DNA of 63,967 nucleotides, the filler included, from Blastocystis sp. subtype 4 (lineage: Eukaryota), in NCBI RefSeq assembly GCF_000743755.1. It is 8 parts of 8 records of this genome, joined end to end, with 100 filler letters (N's around TTAATTAATTAA, not from the genome) between each part and the next. Parts side by side here need not be neighbours in the genome. Positions count along the whole stretch, not along the records: positions 42,189 to 51,489 come from NW_014569168.1; positions 51,590 to 59,781 come from NW_014569167.1; positions 59,882 to 63,967 come from NW_014569020.1; 5 more parts are not named here. One strand, 5' to 3'. This document shows positions 47,750 through 62,328 of this stretch, piece by piece (the stretch's first letter is position 1; every line of letters starts with the position of its first letter). A program made the position numbers and the translations under genes. Under the pieces are notes generated by a model. It did no database searches. It was not told the origin of the DNA and saw nothing but the letters and a program-made list of their open reading frames with translations.

Positions 47750-49745
47750 TCTACCTCCTAGAGTAAATAACAATTACATCGCTAGATTCTCTGATTCGAA
47801 GCAATTGACACATCATGGTACCAATACCTCCGTTTTCCTTTTTTCTCTTCAGAAGTATCTGAAATCAATCCACGTTTCCTTAGACAAATATCAACCATTT
47901 CTTGTCCATGCTTTACTCGTAATTGATTCTCACTGATGCCTTCCTATGAATCATTTTCTTCTTGAATCATTCACTTCAATGTCATCTACTCGTGACTGTA
48001 TCCGCTTCCCACGTCGCAATTCCCTCCATAAAGCGAACCCAGCCAATAGAACAACAAGAATTGGCATCAAACTATTAAATTCGGTTCCTAAAAATGGAAT
48101 TGTAGTCATTTGACCTAAAACAGTGGAAAGAGCAATCTCCTTATAAGCCTCATCGGGAAGCTATCTATAATGAGTAAAATATACAATGACTTGAAGAAGA
48201 GTGAAATAATGATAGAAAAGAGAAAACTGAAAACGACACAGATTGATCGCATTCTGAGCTAGAGCAAATACATCCGTATGGTGAGGATAGAGATCAAATG
48301 AGCTGATAAATGGGACTGGGAAGTTGAAATAGGAGTAGAAAAAGCAGACCGAGATATACCTAGTTCGCATGCTAGAATCAACATGTACACAAGACTCAGT
48401 GTCCCAAGGAGAATTCGAAGTGAATGAGAGAGAGAGAGTGAATATGCCCATCGGAATGGAGAGAAATACTTATTAGTGACCCAGTATAGCAAAGTCGTGA
48501 GTTCAGTGAACACTGTGATAGCAGAGAAGATCAGAGATACGAAGAAAACGATCTGTAAGATGAAAGAAGAATAGGAAACTCACTCGGAGAACAGGTTGTT
48601 TGCAATAGATCCAACAGTGTTTCATCTTTCCCGCGATTCCTGTTTTTGTCTCCAAAGGGATCTACTAACAAGAGAATGAATAGAAATACTTCAGAAGTCC
48701 CAGATTGTCTGCGTAGTTCCACAATTGACACCAGCAACTCATCAAACTGATTGAGTTTGCGCTGATAAGTGAGACATACGTTCTTACAACGGGAATTCAC
48801 CTAATGAAGATGGCGGGCTGTCATTCATACTTTTGAGAGACACCGAATCACATCACGTTCTGACATCGATTCATTCACAATCAACCAATTATTCTGATCG
48901 ATAATACCTCGAGAATGGCGTTTTAAACTTATCTCTTCATCATCTGGCATACTATCCAGAATCTACAATGGGACTCTGAAGTCGATCTTACAGATTGAGC
49001 AATCTTCAGCGCTCCTTCATGCTTAGTCTGCTTCATAATCTCGCGAACATTACATTTCACGGAAACAACTTGCATCTCAAAGGAAAAACGATCTTCATCC
49101 AACTCCACAGCACGAAGATATAATTCATTGATCTCTTTTTTGGGGTACAATTGACGCAATATACTACGATGGAAAAAATAAAGAAACAATACAAAGAAGG
49201 AAGTGTGACAACTCCAATACCTAAGAATATCACTACAGGAATCAAGCCATAGGTGTTCATTAATGCTATTGAGATAGCAAATAGAGAAGATAATGTTCTA
49301 CATCCATAACTACTAGAAATCCATACGTCATTTTCGACAGTAACAGATATAAAACAATAATAATTCCAATAACACCAAGAATAAGATACATTCGGATATT
49401 GCTTTTAATTGTCTCCTTGAGTCGTTCTCTAAATATCACTGGATGTTACAATTCTCAACCTTCTTGAAAATTCACCAGATTTCCAATAATCCCTCATGAT
49501 GGGTAAAACCCCAAAAGCCATGATAAATGTGGCAACATATAGCACAGCCCACAGGATAACCATTCCCTTACTCGCTTTTTGGCCTTCTGTTGATAAGCCG
49601 ATATCAATAGGGAAGATGATGATCCCTACAAAAGCAAGAAAACTAGAATCTTATTACCCACAGAATTTCTTACAATGATACATATAAAACAGAGTAATAC
49701 GAAGATTCAACGGAATCTTCCATATAATAGCCCAATATCAACCAT
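47750..49745 (-). CDS. LMBR1-domain membrane protein (LMBRD2-like, spliced)
   Basis: ILLPIDI, MNTYGL..GIGVVTLP, QFSLFYHYF, GQMTTIPF..FNSLMP; multiple TM segments. Confidence 0.75.
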
Positions 49746-49856
49746 GTGATTATCATCAACAATAATATCGATAAAACAACACTTAACAACTCTATCAAAT
49801 CCTCATTCATTTCTTAAATGATATTAACAAACACATAAAAACACAATATTCAATTA

Positions 49857-51037
49857 CTAATAACTATTACGAATGATATCACAAGCAACATCAGCATCAA
49901 TATCTCCATCCTCACCAAGACGAACATTGCCAGCAGTGAACTTAGCATGAACTTCATCAATCCATGCCTTGTCTTGACTACAATCACATTCACTAATATG
50001 AGTAGGAACACCCAAATCCTTCGAATAGAAATCATCAATCATTTGAATGCAAGTTCGAGCCTTCTCTTCAACAGTTCCTTCAGTCACTCCAAATACTCTT
50101 TCAGCCATCTGAGCCAANTTCCATTTCTTTGTTTCAAACTTAAACTCCAATACACGTCTCTGAACACAAGCAAGAGTCTGACCATGATCCATTCCCAAGA
50201 AGGCAGTCAATTCATGACCAATGTAATGAGTAGCCCAATCAACTCGCACTCCTTGAGCAATCCAATTATTCAATGCCTGATTAGCAGCCCACATGATATT
50301 AGCACGAACATTATAATCAGTAGGATTTGCTCTCACCAACTTTCCATTATCATAAAGAACCTTCAATAGAGCCTCAGCATATCGATCCTGAACATCAGCA
50401 TGACGACAATCAATGATGTATTGTTCACACACATGAACAAATGCATCAACAATTCCATTCGTCGTCTGCTTGTAAGGAAGAGACATTGAAGTATCAGGAT
50501 CAAGAATTGCAAACACAGGGAAGTTGGCTTCATTCAAGATTCCGAACTTACAATGAGTTCTTCTGCAAGAGATCACACATCCACTATTCGATTCAGATCC
50601 AGTAGCAGGAAGAGTCATAATCACACCAAGAGGAACAGACTTATGACAATCAGCACCCAGTCGAACCAATAAGTCTTCATAAGGATTCTCTCCATTATAG
50701 AAAGCAGCCATTGCAATGAACTTACATCCATCACTAATTGAACCACCTCCAACAGCAAGAATGAAATAGTTTTCAGGACCATTCTCTTTCAGAATAGCAA
50801 CTGCTTTCATTAATGTATCATAATCAGGATTTGCTTCAATTCCTTGGAATTCAGTAACCTCATATCCTTTCAAAGCAGCATAACTTGATCATATACTCCA
50901 TTTCTCTTGATTGATCCCTTTCCATAACACATGAACACCTTTTTATCCTTGGGAATGTAGTTTGATATTTCAGCAATCTGTCCCTGACCGAAGATGATAC
51001 GAGTGGGATTCTGATAGTTGAAATTAAGAATAGACAT
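49857..51037 (-). CDS. yqhD: iron-containing alcohol dehydrogenase, YqhD/butanol-dehydrogenase type; 1-nt frameshift near 50880
   Basis: NFNYQNPTRIIFG, GIEANP, AVGGGSISDGCK, TLPATGSE, DAFVHVCEQY, DWATHYIGHELT..DHGQTLA; intronless. Confidence 0.85.
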
Positions 51038-51589
51038 TATTGATATTGTAATTAGATTGAAGAAATAAAAGAAATATGATTAAATCAAAAGAGATAGATA
51101 CATCCCGCGGGAATCAGGATATATCATGATTGACACAAGTTTTGTGTGGTAGAGAATTCGTGGAATGATCTTGATTCTTGAGTTTCATTGATATTTGTGT
51201 TATGTTGCACACATTTCGATTGGTTTTGAGAATGTATTTGATAGTGACCAAGCCAACATTTGTATCAATGAAATGGTGTGAAGAATTGAATACAATGATT
51301 CTGATTTGAACATTCTCATACCGTTTCAATGAATGAGTTGTAGTTGTTCTCTTCCACTTTCCTTTTATTCTTTCAGACACAATTGAAACCCCTCATTCTA
51401 TCAGAATCATGATTGATTTGTTTCAGTTCACTCTCATGAACAATCTTGTACTCAAACCCGAATTAGATGGTTATTTTCATTCGATTTGANNNNNNNNNNN
51501 NNNNNNNNNNNNNNNNNNNNNNNNNNNNNNNNNTTAATTAATTAANNNNNNNNNNNNNNNNNNNNNNNNNNNNNNNNNNNNNNNNNNNN

Positions 51590-51782
51590 GAAGACACCTG
51601 TGGACTGGTACAAGGTACAGCCTGTGATTGAAGAACCAAAGAAGGAGGAGATGAAGGAAGAGAAAGAAAACAAGAAAGAGGAGAAGGAAGCCAAGAAAGA
51701 GAAGAAGGAAAAGAAGGAGAAGAAACATAAGGATAAGGAAGGCAAGAAAGAAAAGAAAGAGAAGAAGGAGAAGAAAGACTAA
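51590..51782 (+). CDS. KKE-rich C-terminal fragment, possibly Cbf5/dyskerin or other nucleolar protein
   Basis: KTPVDWY followed by KKEKKEKK repeats. Confidence 0.4.
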
Positions 51783-51932
51783 GCTGTTTTCTATGTTGAT
51801 TTATTGGATTAGTGTTTGTTTTGCATGTCTTTGGATTATGACACCAAGTAGTGAGAAGGATAACCAGATTCTTCTCAAATACATTATAACAAACAAAACC
51901 ATGTTATACAGTTCATAATACACCGTTCATAC

Positions 51933-52733
51933 TTAGTTTTGATCCACATCTGTTGTCCACAGAGTCAGGTTATCTCGCAATAACTGAAGAATCAGAGTAG
52001 CATCCTTATAATCATTCTCTTGTAACGAATCAAGATCAGCAACGGCACTATCGAAAGCGTGCTTCGCTAATTCACAGGCCTACTACTCAATATCAATCGA
52101 TAGACAAACCTTATCAGGATTGTTCAAGATTTCATAATAGAACACGGAGTAATTAAGGGCCAGACCCAGAAGAACAGGAATTGTGGGAGACAGTTTAGCT
52201 TCCTGGCCTCTCTTCATGGCATCCTGATACCTATGAATCATCTCACCAGAGTACAATTACGCTTGGTCAGCATTAGCCTTGGAATCAGCAAGTGCCTCAC
52301 CAGTCTGGAATTCGGCAAGATAACGGTAGTAATCACCTACCATCTTCAAGTAGAACACCTGGTCTTCCACGTTCTCCTTTCCATCAAAGATGAGGTGATC
52401 TCGGAGAAGATTGATAATTTCCATGCAAATATCTGTCAGTTCCTTCTCGATCTTTTCTCTGAGAGCAACAATCATGGGGAGAACTGTGCTGTCAGGATGG
52501 TTACTCTCCTTTTGCTCAGAGGATTTAACAGATCTCCAAGAGGCTCTTCTGCAACTTACAACATTCTTGTAAGCAACAGAAAGAAGACTTCTCTCGTCCT
52601 TCGTAAGAATGACGTGATCTTGTCCTTCCTTAGGATGGGAGGCTACATATTTGATGTGCTCAACCATCTCTTGATATCTTTCAACCTGCTCAGAGATTCT
52701 GGCCATATAAGCGTGTTTTGCAATAGCGTCCAT
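51933..52733 (-). CDS. 14-3-3 protein (spliced)
   Basis: [65 protein letters not shown]. Confidence 0.95.
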
Positions 52734-53100
52734 TCTTCACTGCACACAGTAGATTAATTTAGATCTATTCAACTTACTTCTCATCACACAAACAATTACG
52801 TAAAAAAAGGATTGCAATACCTTGCCTATTCCTATTTGAGTTACCTTCGATATCGTTGGGCAGTTTTCTTTTCTCAATGAAACGGTCAATTCTATGGGCC
52901 TATTTTTTCTATTTCAGTATTTTTTCCCTGCTTATTGCTGATTAGGCCTTGTTTCACAGTATTCTTTTTGCGAAGATATTGAACTGAACACTTAGTATAT
53001 TCCTATCAAATATAAGAAATCGCTTAGCAATTGAGAGATACAGCAAATCTAACAAATAGGAAAAGAAAGAAACAATTAACAACCATAGATCATATCCTTT

Positions 53101-55380
53101 CTACTGTTTCAACTCCGATTTCATATATCCAGACAAACGGTCGAAAACAACAAAGCAATCCTCACAAACACGCTACATGTCACAACACCTAAATAGGCCA
53201 ACCTGTTTCTTTTCATTGCCAGGTAGTTCAATTGCTTTACTCGAGCACTTTGAACAGAACACATTTCCACAGTATCTACAATGACTACAAATCAGTTCTC
53301 TCTTCCTTTCATACTGTTTTCTATTCACCATGGAGAATACAGAGTGGCAATTATGGCAATTTGTAATCAAAGTTGAATCAATCCATTCTTTGGGATGGAA
53401 TCCATTAACTACCAATTGCTGTACAGTATTTACACGATCAAGAAGTAATCCCTGAATGTCTTTCAGACTGTCATCTGATAATTCTAAACATCACGATACA
53501 ATCTCAGATCTTGCCTTTCGACATGTCTGAAGTATGAAGAGTTTCTCTATAATTCAAGTACCATATCCATATCAACTTGGTAAGAGTAGTCTGTACGAAA
53601 TCTAAGAATGAAAGGAGAGTGAAGGAAGTAGTATGCACAATCGTCGCAACCTGAGGAAGAGATTCCGTCGTGTCAGGTTGAACAACAGGATCCAGACGAG
53701 ATACCAGCTAGCATTAACAATTCATTGAATCCCTACATCATCTGCTAACTGTTCCTTCATCTCCTTCATATCTCTTTGAAGTGTTTCTACCTCCTTCTTA
53801 AGACGTGCACTGTCTTCCAATGCAGACGTATACTTCTCTTGAAGAGAAGTGTTTTCCAATGAAATAGCCTCCATTTCTTTTTGATTCTCCTTCACCACTC
53901 CCTGAAGAAGGATCTATGATGATATCTCTTGAATCATATTTACATAGTTCTCTGCAGTCTCAGCTAGACAAGCCTCCTTCTTCTTCAATTCCTCTGTCAA
54001 TTCATCATGTGAAGCAGTCAGAGTCATCAAATTGTTCTGGATGGTAGTCATTTCATTATTCACAGAAGCCAATTGTTCCTTAAGATCTTCCTTCTCTCGT
54101 TGTAACATCTCCGTTGCAGTCTGCTGCTCCTTAAGCTCGTCTCTATCTCTGATATCATCTTCCATCTCTCACATCATTCGAGTCACCTCTGCCAGAGCCT
54201 GTTCCTTCTCCTGAATAATCATTTGATGTTCAGATTCCATTGTCTGTTGCTGGAGAGCAACCTGCTTCTCTAATTCCTCATTACGAGCCATCACACTTCG
54301 GAGATGCTATCTGTCAACCATCACAACATTACTCACTTCCTCCACTTCTTGGGTCTGACGAATTGACTCCTGAGATGAAAGCTGTGATTGCGTTTTAGTC
54401 AATGTATGACGGAGTTGTTGTAATTCCAAAGAAAGGTCCGAATTTAGATGATCAAGACGAGCACGTTCCGCTTCTGCCTCTTCCAAAGTCTTTTTCATAG
54501 ACTGAATCTTCTCCTTAGCCAGAGAATCCATTGTTTGCTTCTTCTGAGTCAACATATTCTTCATTTGAAGTAATTCAGCTTCTAATTCACCTTTCTTACG
54601 AAGAGCTTCAGCAAGATCACTATCATTTTTCTCCTTCTCTTGAAGAGTACTGGTAACCTTCTGATTCATTTCTTGTATTTTTAATTCCATCATCTCTAAC
54701 TCATCTTGCATACTTGCTATCATATCATCCTTCTCTAAGAGATCTCTTTGTGACTGTTCATCTTTTGCCTTCAGAACTTCTTCCATTTCTTTCTCTTTTG
54801 CTTCTAAAGCTTCTTTCATTTCCTTCTCTTTCACTTCGACTGCTTCCTTCATCTCTTTTTCCTTCTCCATTAGTACCTCTTCCATATTCTCTCCAGTCTG
54901 TTCCATCTCCACTGAAGAGACCACATTCTCCTTTGAACGCAACTCCATGTTCTCATTCTCCAACAACTGAACTTTCTCTTGCATCACTTTCATCTCATCT
55001 CGAAGAGACTTAATCTCTCCCTCACGAGTACAAGAAGTGGATGTCAGTTCAGATATCTCTTTTGACAAAGAGGCGATCAAACTCTGATCCTGTGCCTTTT
55101 CTGATTCAACAAGCTTGCGATCCTTTCTCTCCGTTTCCAGAGCCAATTCTAATTCTTCTAAGCGCTGACTAGAGGAATCTAGCTGACGGTCTCGAGTTTT
55201 GATATCTGCATTAAGAGTATCTATCTTCTTTTCTCGGTCCAAAATTGTATCCTATCTATCATATGAACATCCTTTTCCTACTCGAAGTGTATTAATCTCT
55301 TTCTTCAGTTCCGCCAAAATATCTTCTCGACTTGGTTTGCTCCTAGTATCCGAAAGAGTAGGATGATTAACATCCGCCAT
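53101..55380 (-). CDS. long coiled-coil protein with C-terminal FYVE zinc finger (EEA1-like architecture, spliced)
   Basis: WID..CHNC..FSMVNRKH HCRYCGNVFCSKC..VCEDC; E/K/Q-rich heptads. Confidence 0.8.
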
Positions 55381-55866
55381 AGGATCAACTCTAGGCCATG
55401 GATCTTCGTTGTAGCTACATCAAGATTAGTGAAGGATGTGAAATACATCACTTACAGTTTTCTCAAACGATTGAAGAGAATATATTCTACACCTTTGTAC
55501 TTGGAGAGGATTTGAGGGATCTGAACATCATATATACTACTAATGCAAACATTTGTGCTCTTTCCTGGGTTAACTCTTTTGTAGAAATCGGACAACACCT
55601 CTTCCAGATTAGTCGGAATGTAAACATCCTTTCCAACACTACCACATCATTTTCCCCTTCATTTTCTACTCTTTATCGCTAGATGAAGTACTTGACATTT
55701 AAAACCTATCTTCACAGTTAGCAATAGAATATTTTCCACATTACCTACAATGAGCCTTCAAATTGATTGTGTTTACAAAGGTGAAAGAAACCGAAATACC
55801 CACTTTTTGAGCTACTCCAGAATACCATCCCATTCTGTTTGATCACAAAATGAGAATGATCATTCA

Positions 55867-57514
55867 ATGATGGAGAAGAGACTAGGAGGAAATACTCAAG
55901 ATGGAAGAGAGAAAAGACGAAAACTCATCAAAACAGAGTATCATGGATTACTGCAGAATGGGGTCCGGGAGGGTCTCTACAAGATTATCATTCATGGAGA
56001 TTGTGATACAATGGTGATGGTTAGTTCTTTTGTTCATGGAATGAAAGAAGGAGAACACTATTCGTATCTAGAGGAGTCAGGAAAACTATTGTACTATTCA
56101 TTGATGAAAGAGAACAAGAGTGTAAAAGAAATGGACTTGTCTGAGAATGAAACCGTCTCTGGTATTATTGATTTCGAAGATGGATCACGATGGGAAGGAA
56201 AAATCTGTATGGAACGAGCTTGTGGTCAAGGAGAGGAGTATTCTGACACGAATCTTCTTCAATATAAAGGGATGGAGGTGAATAACAGATACGAAGGATA
56301 TGGAACAAAGTTCCATCTATTGGGCAATACAACAAAATTGCCTATTCCAGAGTATGAGGGAGAATGGTGTGCTGGTACAAAGCATGGAAAGGGAACTACA
56401 TTTGATTTGAAAGGACATCCACTTCAATCGGGTCTTTGGGTAAATGACCAGCTTATGGACATCCACTGTCAAATCAACGGACGTAATAGCGAGTTTACAT
56501 GTTACTCTCGCATCGAAACACTTTCTATTGCTTCTGATTCCTATACCAAGGCAACAGAGCTTAATCTAAGTAAATGTGAGTGTCTTAGAGAAATTACCAT
56601 CGGTGATCATTCTTGTTGTAGTATTCACTCCCTATCCTTAAAGGATATGCGTGAATTATGTTCGCTTTCTGTAGGTAACAATTCGTTCACGGAATGCAAT
56701 GCTACATGGGAATCACAACGAGGTTGCGCTCAACATGCTAGAGAACAAGGAAAGGTCTTGCGAATTCGGAATTGCCCAAAACTCATTTCTGTTATTATTG
56801 GTTTGAATTCCTTTTCTGATTTTGTTGGTTTTCAATTAGAGGGTATAAATGTTGGAGACTATGAATCGAAGATTGTCCTTCTTTGAGTAACATACGTCTA
56901 GGAAAGGCCACCAATCAGGAAGAAGAAGAATACATGTCTTTTTGCTTTTTTCATACTTCGCGATTGATTCTTTCAAGTACGAATTTCCTGTTAATACTTC
57001 ATTCAGACCTTCCTTCTCTAACCCATGTTATCATTGGAAATTCTTCATTCTTTCGAGTAGAATTTGTAACGATTCGAAGTGTGATTTGGCTGATGTCTTC
57101 ATTCTAGACTTACCTTCTCTGGAAACCATCCATTTTGGATCTTATTGTTGTTATGGGAATGACCTACAGAAATCCGAATGCAACTGTGTTGAATTTATAC
57201 GTATTCGAGTATCTGATCTCTTCATCTAGATTTGCCGAATCTAACACATCTGAAAGCATTTCGTAAGGCTTTCTATACATTCATTCAGATGACTGTAGAT
57301 GGTGGGATAGTGAAGATCCGTTGATAACTAGACATTCCAAACCTTTCTGATTCAAAACATATCCGATTATATACGTCGTCTTTCAATTACGTGAATAGGT
57401 TAACAAGAGGTCATGGTACGAGTCTTTGGTTTATAATTATCAGATGTCTCAGATGATTTCGTTCGCCTTTTACATTTAACTTATGAGAACAAGGATCCAT
57501 ATTCTTGTGTTTGA
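55867..57514 (+). CDS. MORN-like repeat + leucine-rich-repeat protein (paralog of 31460-32892, spliced)
   Basis: GSRWEG..ACGQGEEY..YEGEWCAGTKHGKG, then LRRs. Confidence 0.75.
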
Positions 57515-57543
57515 TCAAACAATTGCCCTAAAATACAATAAGA

Positions 57544-59259
57544 TCACACTTTAACTTCATCTTTGAATTGTTTATACTTTTCTTGTAACAGAGATTCAAT
57601 TTCCTTATTCCGGCAATGTTTTCGCAATGAATTGATCGTTTTAAAATCGGCTTTACAAACAGAATCTTTTTCTAATAACAATTCTTACTATCACTTGAAC
57701 CATCAACACCTACTCACTAAATCAGTGTATCCCCACCGTATTGCACATCCCAAAGGTGTTTCTTCATGCTTCCTATCAATCTTTCTAGCAATTGTAGGAT
57801 CCGCATGTCTTTTCAATAGGAACTTCACCACTTTCAAATTACATTCCAAACATGCTAAATACAACGCTGTACGATTTTCACTATCCACTACCCATCAATG
57901 ATCAAGTCTACATTTTACCAGCATTTATCAATTTTCTCGGATCTCCATCAAAAAAGAATCCATTTGGATCATCTGCCAACAATTCACTCATCTTTTCCAA
58001 GTCTACTGCAGTCCCACGAGAAACCGTCTTAAACCATAAATCTTCACGTCGAACCGTCTCTAATGATTCTTCCCAAGCATTTTGTCTGCGAATAGCCTCA
58101 TGTTTCTGACGAGCATTTGCAGTTACTAAGTGATCACTTCCACTCTCCTCTCCTACGCCCTAGAGATGCTGTGAAGTTCATTTCTCGCGGTTTGAATTGA
58201 TTCACATGGAATCAAGAAACAATCATCAACATGGGAATTAGGATATTTCCTCTTCGACATCCTCTGCTGTTGCAATTCCATGAACATCTTCTTCTCCAAC
58301 TAATCGAATAATAGCCAAACTCTAGTCATCAACATCAACAACAACATCAAACCAAGAATTTAAATTGTCGCCATCGTTTCCATGCTTCGTTTTTCTCTTC
58401 GTCTGTAAGATCCATAGGCATGACTCCTTCAGGTTCAACAGAAGACAATGAATCCATAACAGGAATTGCAGAGAAGCAAGTAGCAGGATTCATGTCTGGA
58501 TAAAGCAAATGGAAACTTTTAAGAGCAGAAAGCTAAATGAAACAGAACACAAAAGAGTACGATTAATTGGACTTGATGATACTCTTGAGATGAAAATGAG
58601 ATAGAAGATATATGGCTCTATGCTCATGAACTGGGAAAAGGAGTACCATAACAATTGAAATACGATCAATGAGACATGATCCATCTGCCGTTGATCCTTC
58701 ATCCGTGAAGTGAAGTATTCCAAAATGAATGCATTTATCAATCAACACCAGAATCTCATAGAAGAACATACTTATCGCTTCAACCTCATTCTTGGGCATG
58801 TCAGCACCTCGCTGACAATAATCTTTCCACATGTTCACTAGAAGATTGTCCCAATCATCTAGTGTGAAGATAAATGGAGATCATTACTGTTTACAAGATA
58901 ACGATGTAATAGACCAAAATAGCTGCTTCCTGACAAACTAAGTGATGACACCATTTTATTCCAATCATCTCCCTCGGCATTCTCAAGATTTGATAACTAA
59001 ATTATATCAAAACGAAAAGAATACTATTGAAATAAACTCATCTCGGTCTTCACTAAACAGACTATCTTGTAACGAAGGAGAGAAGATATCAGTATGCATA
59101 TCATCGCCGGATGACACAGAAACAGTATCAACATTTAGTTGTTCATCTTTGGAAAACGCTACGATAGAAATCTTTCCTAATACACATACCTGGTGACACA
59201 TCCCCTTTAGATACGTAATCAACGGTTAGAGACTCATGCCCTTGGCTTTTTCTTTTCAT
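57544..59259 (-). CDS. ankyrin-repeat protein (spliced)
   Basis: RTALYLAC..VVKFLLKRHAD, ETPLGCAIRWGYTDLV; 5' extent inferred. Confidence 0.6.
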
Positions 59260-60001
59260 TTCTCTATTTTTCTTAAGAGAATTCTCCGTATTTAAGGATG
59301 CTGAGCACGTGCTACCCTCCACCTCAGGAGATAGTTCCTCTGAAATTATTATGAGTCAGTGAAAGCAAATACCAGAAACTACGCCTCTAGAAACGACATC
59401 TGCAGAAACCGATATATCTTCAATAGGAGTAATCGATTCAGAGAACTCAATGTCGGTATTCACACTACTAAAGAATTAAACATCAAAAACACAATGATCA
59501 CTCAAATACAGAGGAAGGCTTCCTCTCAATCTCTATATATTACTCTTCATCTAAGAACCCAACCAGAAGTAGAAACACAATTCCCCATAAACAATACTAA
59601 TACAAATGCTTTCATAACAAACACTTTCCTATTCCCCAACGAATGACTAAACAGACAATAGAGATATGGCATTGAATTCGCCCAAGACTCTATTTCAAGA
59701 ACTTCTTGATCTTCTTTGCAACATAACTTAGACTGTTCATAACCCCAAAAGAGATATTCCCTCTCACAGCTTGATCGATACNNNNNNNNNNNNNNNNNNN
59801 NNNNNNNNNNNNNNNNNNNNNNNNNTTAATTAATTAANNNNNNNNNNNNNNNNNNNNNNNNNNNNNNNNNNNNNNNNNNNNAGATGGCTGTAGAGTAGGA
59901 ATGAAACAGAGAAACGATGTTTAGAGTGAGTTATGTGGAAGGAGAAGTGATTGAGGAAAGTGAAACGATCGTTTAATTGGGGTTCTTATTATTTGTTTAT
60001 T

Positions 60002-60760
60002 ATGGATACAAAGAAGAAGAGAGTGATTGGATTGGTTGGAGGGATTTGTAGTAAAGGTGGAGATGGAAAGGTGATGATGAGGTGGAAAGAGTACGGTCTC
60101 GAAACTTCTGCAAGAAATGAATTGCTATTGCATTGACTGTGACAAACTGGGACATAAAGTGTATATATCCTGTACTTGGAAACTGTGTATTGTTTGGTAG
60201 TTTAACATAACGAACCGAATACAAAGGGGTTCGACAGAATTGTTGGAACGTTTGGAACTAAAGTAGTGGGTGAGGATGGATACATCGACCGAAAGATCTT
60301 GGGATCCATTGTCTTTTCGGATAGCAGTATATTCAATGAGTGGTTTAAGAGGATGAGATGAAATGAAGAAGCTCACCGATATCTCCTGGCCACTCATCCA
60401 CGAAATGGCGCAGGAGGAAATCCAAAAGTAATTAACAAGTTTTGATAGTGTTCGAATAGAAGTGATGCGTCAATCGTCATAATAGAAGCTGCAATTCTGC
60501 TAGAAGCAGGTTGGACAGATTTAGTGGATGAAGTAAAATAGGATGTGTGGGTTGATGAGAGTAGATTTGGGTTGTGGAAGTAGATCGAGAAGTGGCCATT
60601 CAAAGACTCCAGAAACGCAACAATCTCAGTATCGAAGAATGTGAGAAACGTCTAGATTGTCAATGGAGTAACGAAAAGCGTGAATCGTATGCAGATGTGG
60701 TGATTCAGAACAACGGAACTCAAGAAGAGCTAAAGAAAGAAATTGAACATTATCTACATT
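60002..60760 (+). CDS. dephospho-CoA kinase (spliced); stop probably made by polyadenylation
   Basis: IGLVGGICS/GKSTV, IDCDKLGH, IDRKILGSIVF, IEAAILLEAGW, ADVVIQNNG. Confidence 0.9.
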
Positions 60761-60783
60761 GTAATGTGTGTTCTACAAACAGT

Positions 60784-62048
60784 TCAAATATTCTTCTTTC
60801 GGTAAATCAGCTTGTCCATAAGATTGAGTGAATGGGTATCAGGATATAACTCTAACAATTCTCCATCCATCGTCTCCGCCTCCAACATTCCACTTGTACT
60901 GTTGATACCACGAATAATTGCCTTCTTCTTAATGGACTCATCACCATCACAGACAACAGTTACCTCCTCATCCGAATGCATCCAATTATCTAAATAATCC
61001 TTCATAAACGGCTCAAAGCCATAAAGACGGAAGGTGTGAATGGCTTCTGTGAATTGATTACAGAAAGAGGCCAACACAGTAGAACGACCCAAAACAATTT
61101 GTTTCTTCTGTAAATTAGATGCAATTTCATCCATGCAAGTGGTTGGCTTCTTATTGGAAATATTGATGCCAATTCCGATGGTCACATCGTAAACACGTCC
61201 ATTGAAATAGGACTGACAAATAATTCCTCCAACCTTCTTGTCACCATGATAATAAATGTCATTAGGCCACTTAATCGCAATATCCATGTCCTACAGATCA
61301 AACATCCATTAGAATCAAACTCCCGTATTGTAAATATCTTCCAACGAATTGCACATTACAAGCGTTGTCAAGTACTGGAGCATGGGTAAATCCCGTGGAT
61401 GTGTGATGTATGTTTTAAAACTGAACATCAAGCATCCGTATGGAGAAACCCATTTATTGGTTGAACGACCTCTTCCTGCAATTTGCTTGTCAGCAATACA
61501 AACCAAACCAGATTGGTAATCACGGAAATTGTCCATCAAGATAGTTTGCGTGCTTGTTAACTCGTGGCCATATAGGATAGTTCGGCCCATATATTTGGAG
61601 TGAAGATGGTGGAAGTAGTTATCAAGATTCAGTGGAGGTTCCTATCTTATCATTGACTCACGTTAATTACATCTGCTGGAGTATTTACAATTGGTGGATT
61701 ATCCATGTATCTATATATTACTCTCCTTGTCAGATCGAACTCTTCCAACGTCATAACAGATGGAACCGCTTGAGGATAATTACGCTTCCAATGTTTGGCA
61801 ACAAATTCTTCCAATTTCAACTTCTGAGTTGCATTGCTACAAATCTATATATAATACTCTTCAAAACGATTCAGACCCCAATAAACGGATATTGTGTCGG
61901 CCTTAGATCATCTGATGCTGATCTAGAAGTGATTTGGGAATAAGTGACGTTACGAAAAGTGCGTCTCAAAACTGCTTATTCGAGGTAAACATGAACTCGA
62001 ATAAGTAGAGATCTTATGCAATGTGCGGATACTAGCTCTAGATAACAT
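60784..62048 (-). CDS. HLCS: biotin-protein ligase / holocarboxylase synthetase (spliced)
   Basis: STQT, QIAGRGRSTNKWVSP.GC, IKWPNDIY..KVGGI, GIGIN; presequence-like start. Confidence 0.9.
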
Positions 62049-62328
62049 CTCTATAAGATATTATTATCCTATAATTCCCGTGGAGCTCAGTTATTCTGTT
62101 TCCTTCTATTAATATTGTAATATATGTGGATAGCAACAAGCAGAAATGATCCAAACGATGAAGAAGGGAGTTAATATTGATTCTGTTGAGCTGTCGTTGT
62201 CACTGAAACTGGATTGACAGCGAGTATTCTATTTCCAGCTCTTTTGTTCTAACACCAAATCCAATCCCCATTGTCAGGGACACGCCAATGATCCTCGTGT
62301 CTAGCTCTTCTATTCATTATTCTCTTAA

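Noticed and set aside
51620..51782. Purine-rich GAAGAAAGA tandem-like repeat (also 54770-54880)
   Set aside because: Low-complexity Lys/Glu coding sequence, not an independent repeat element
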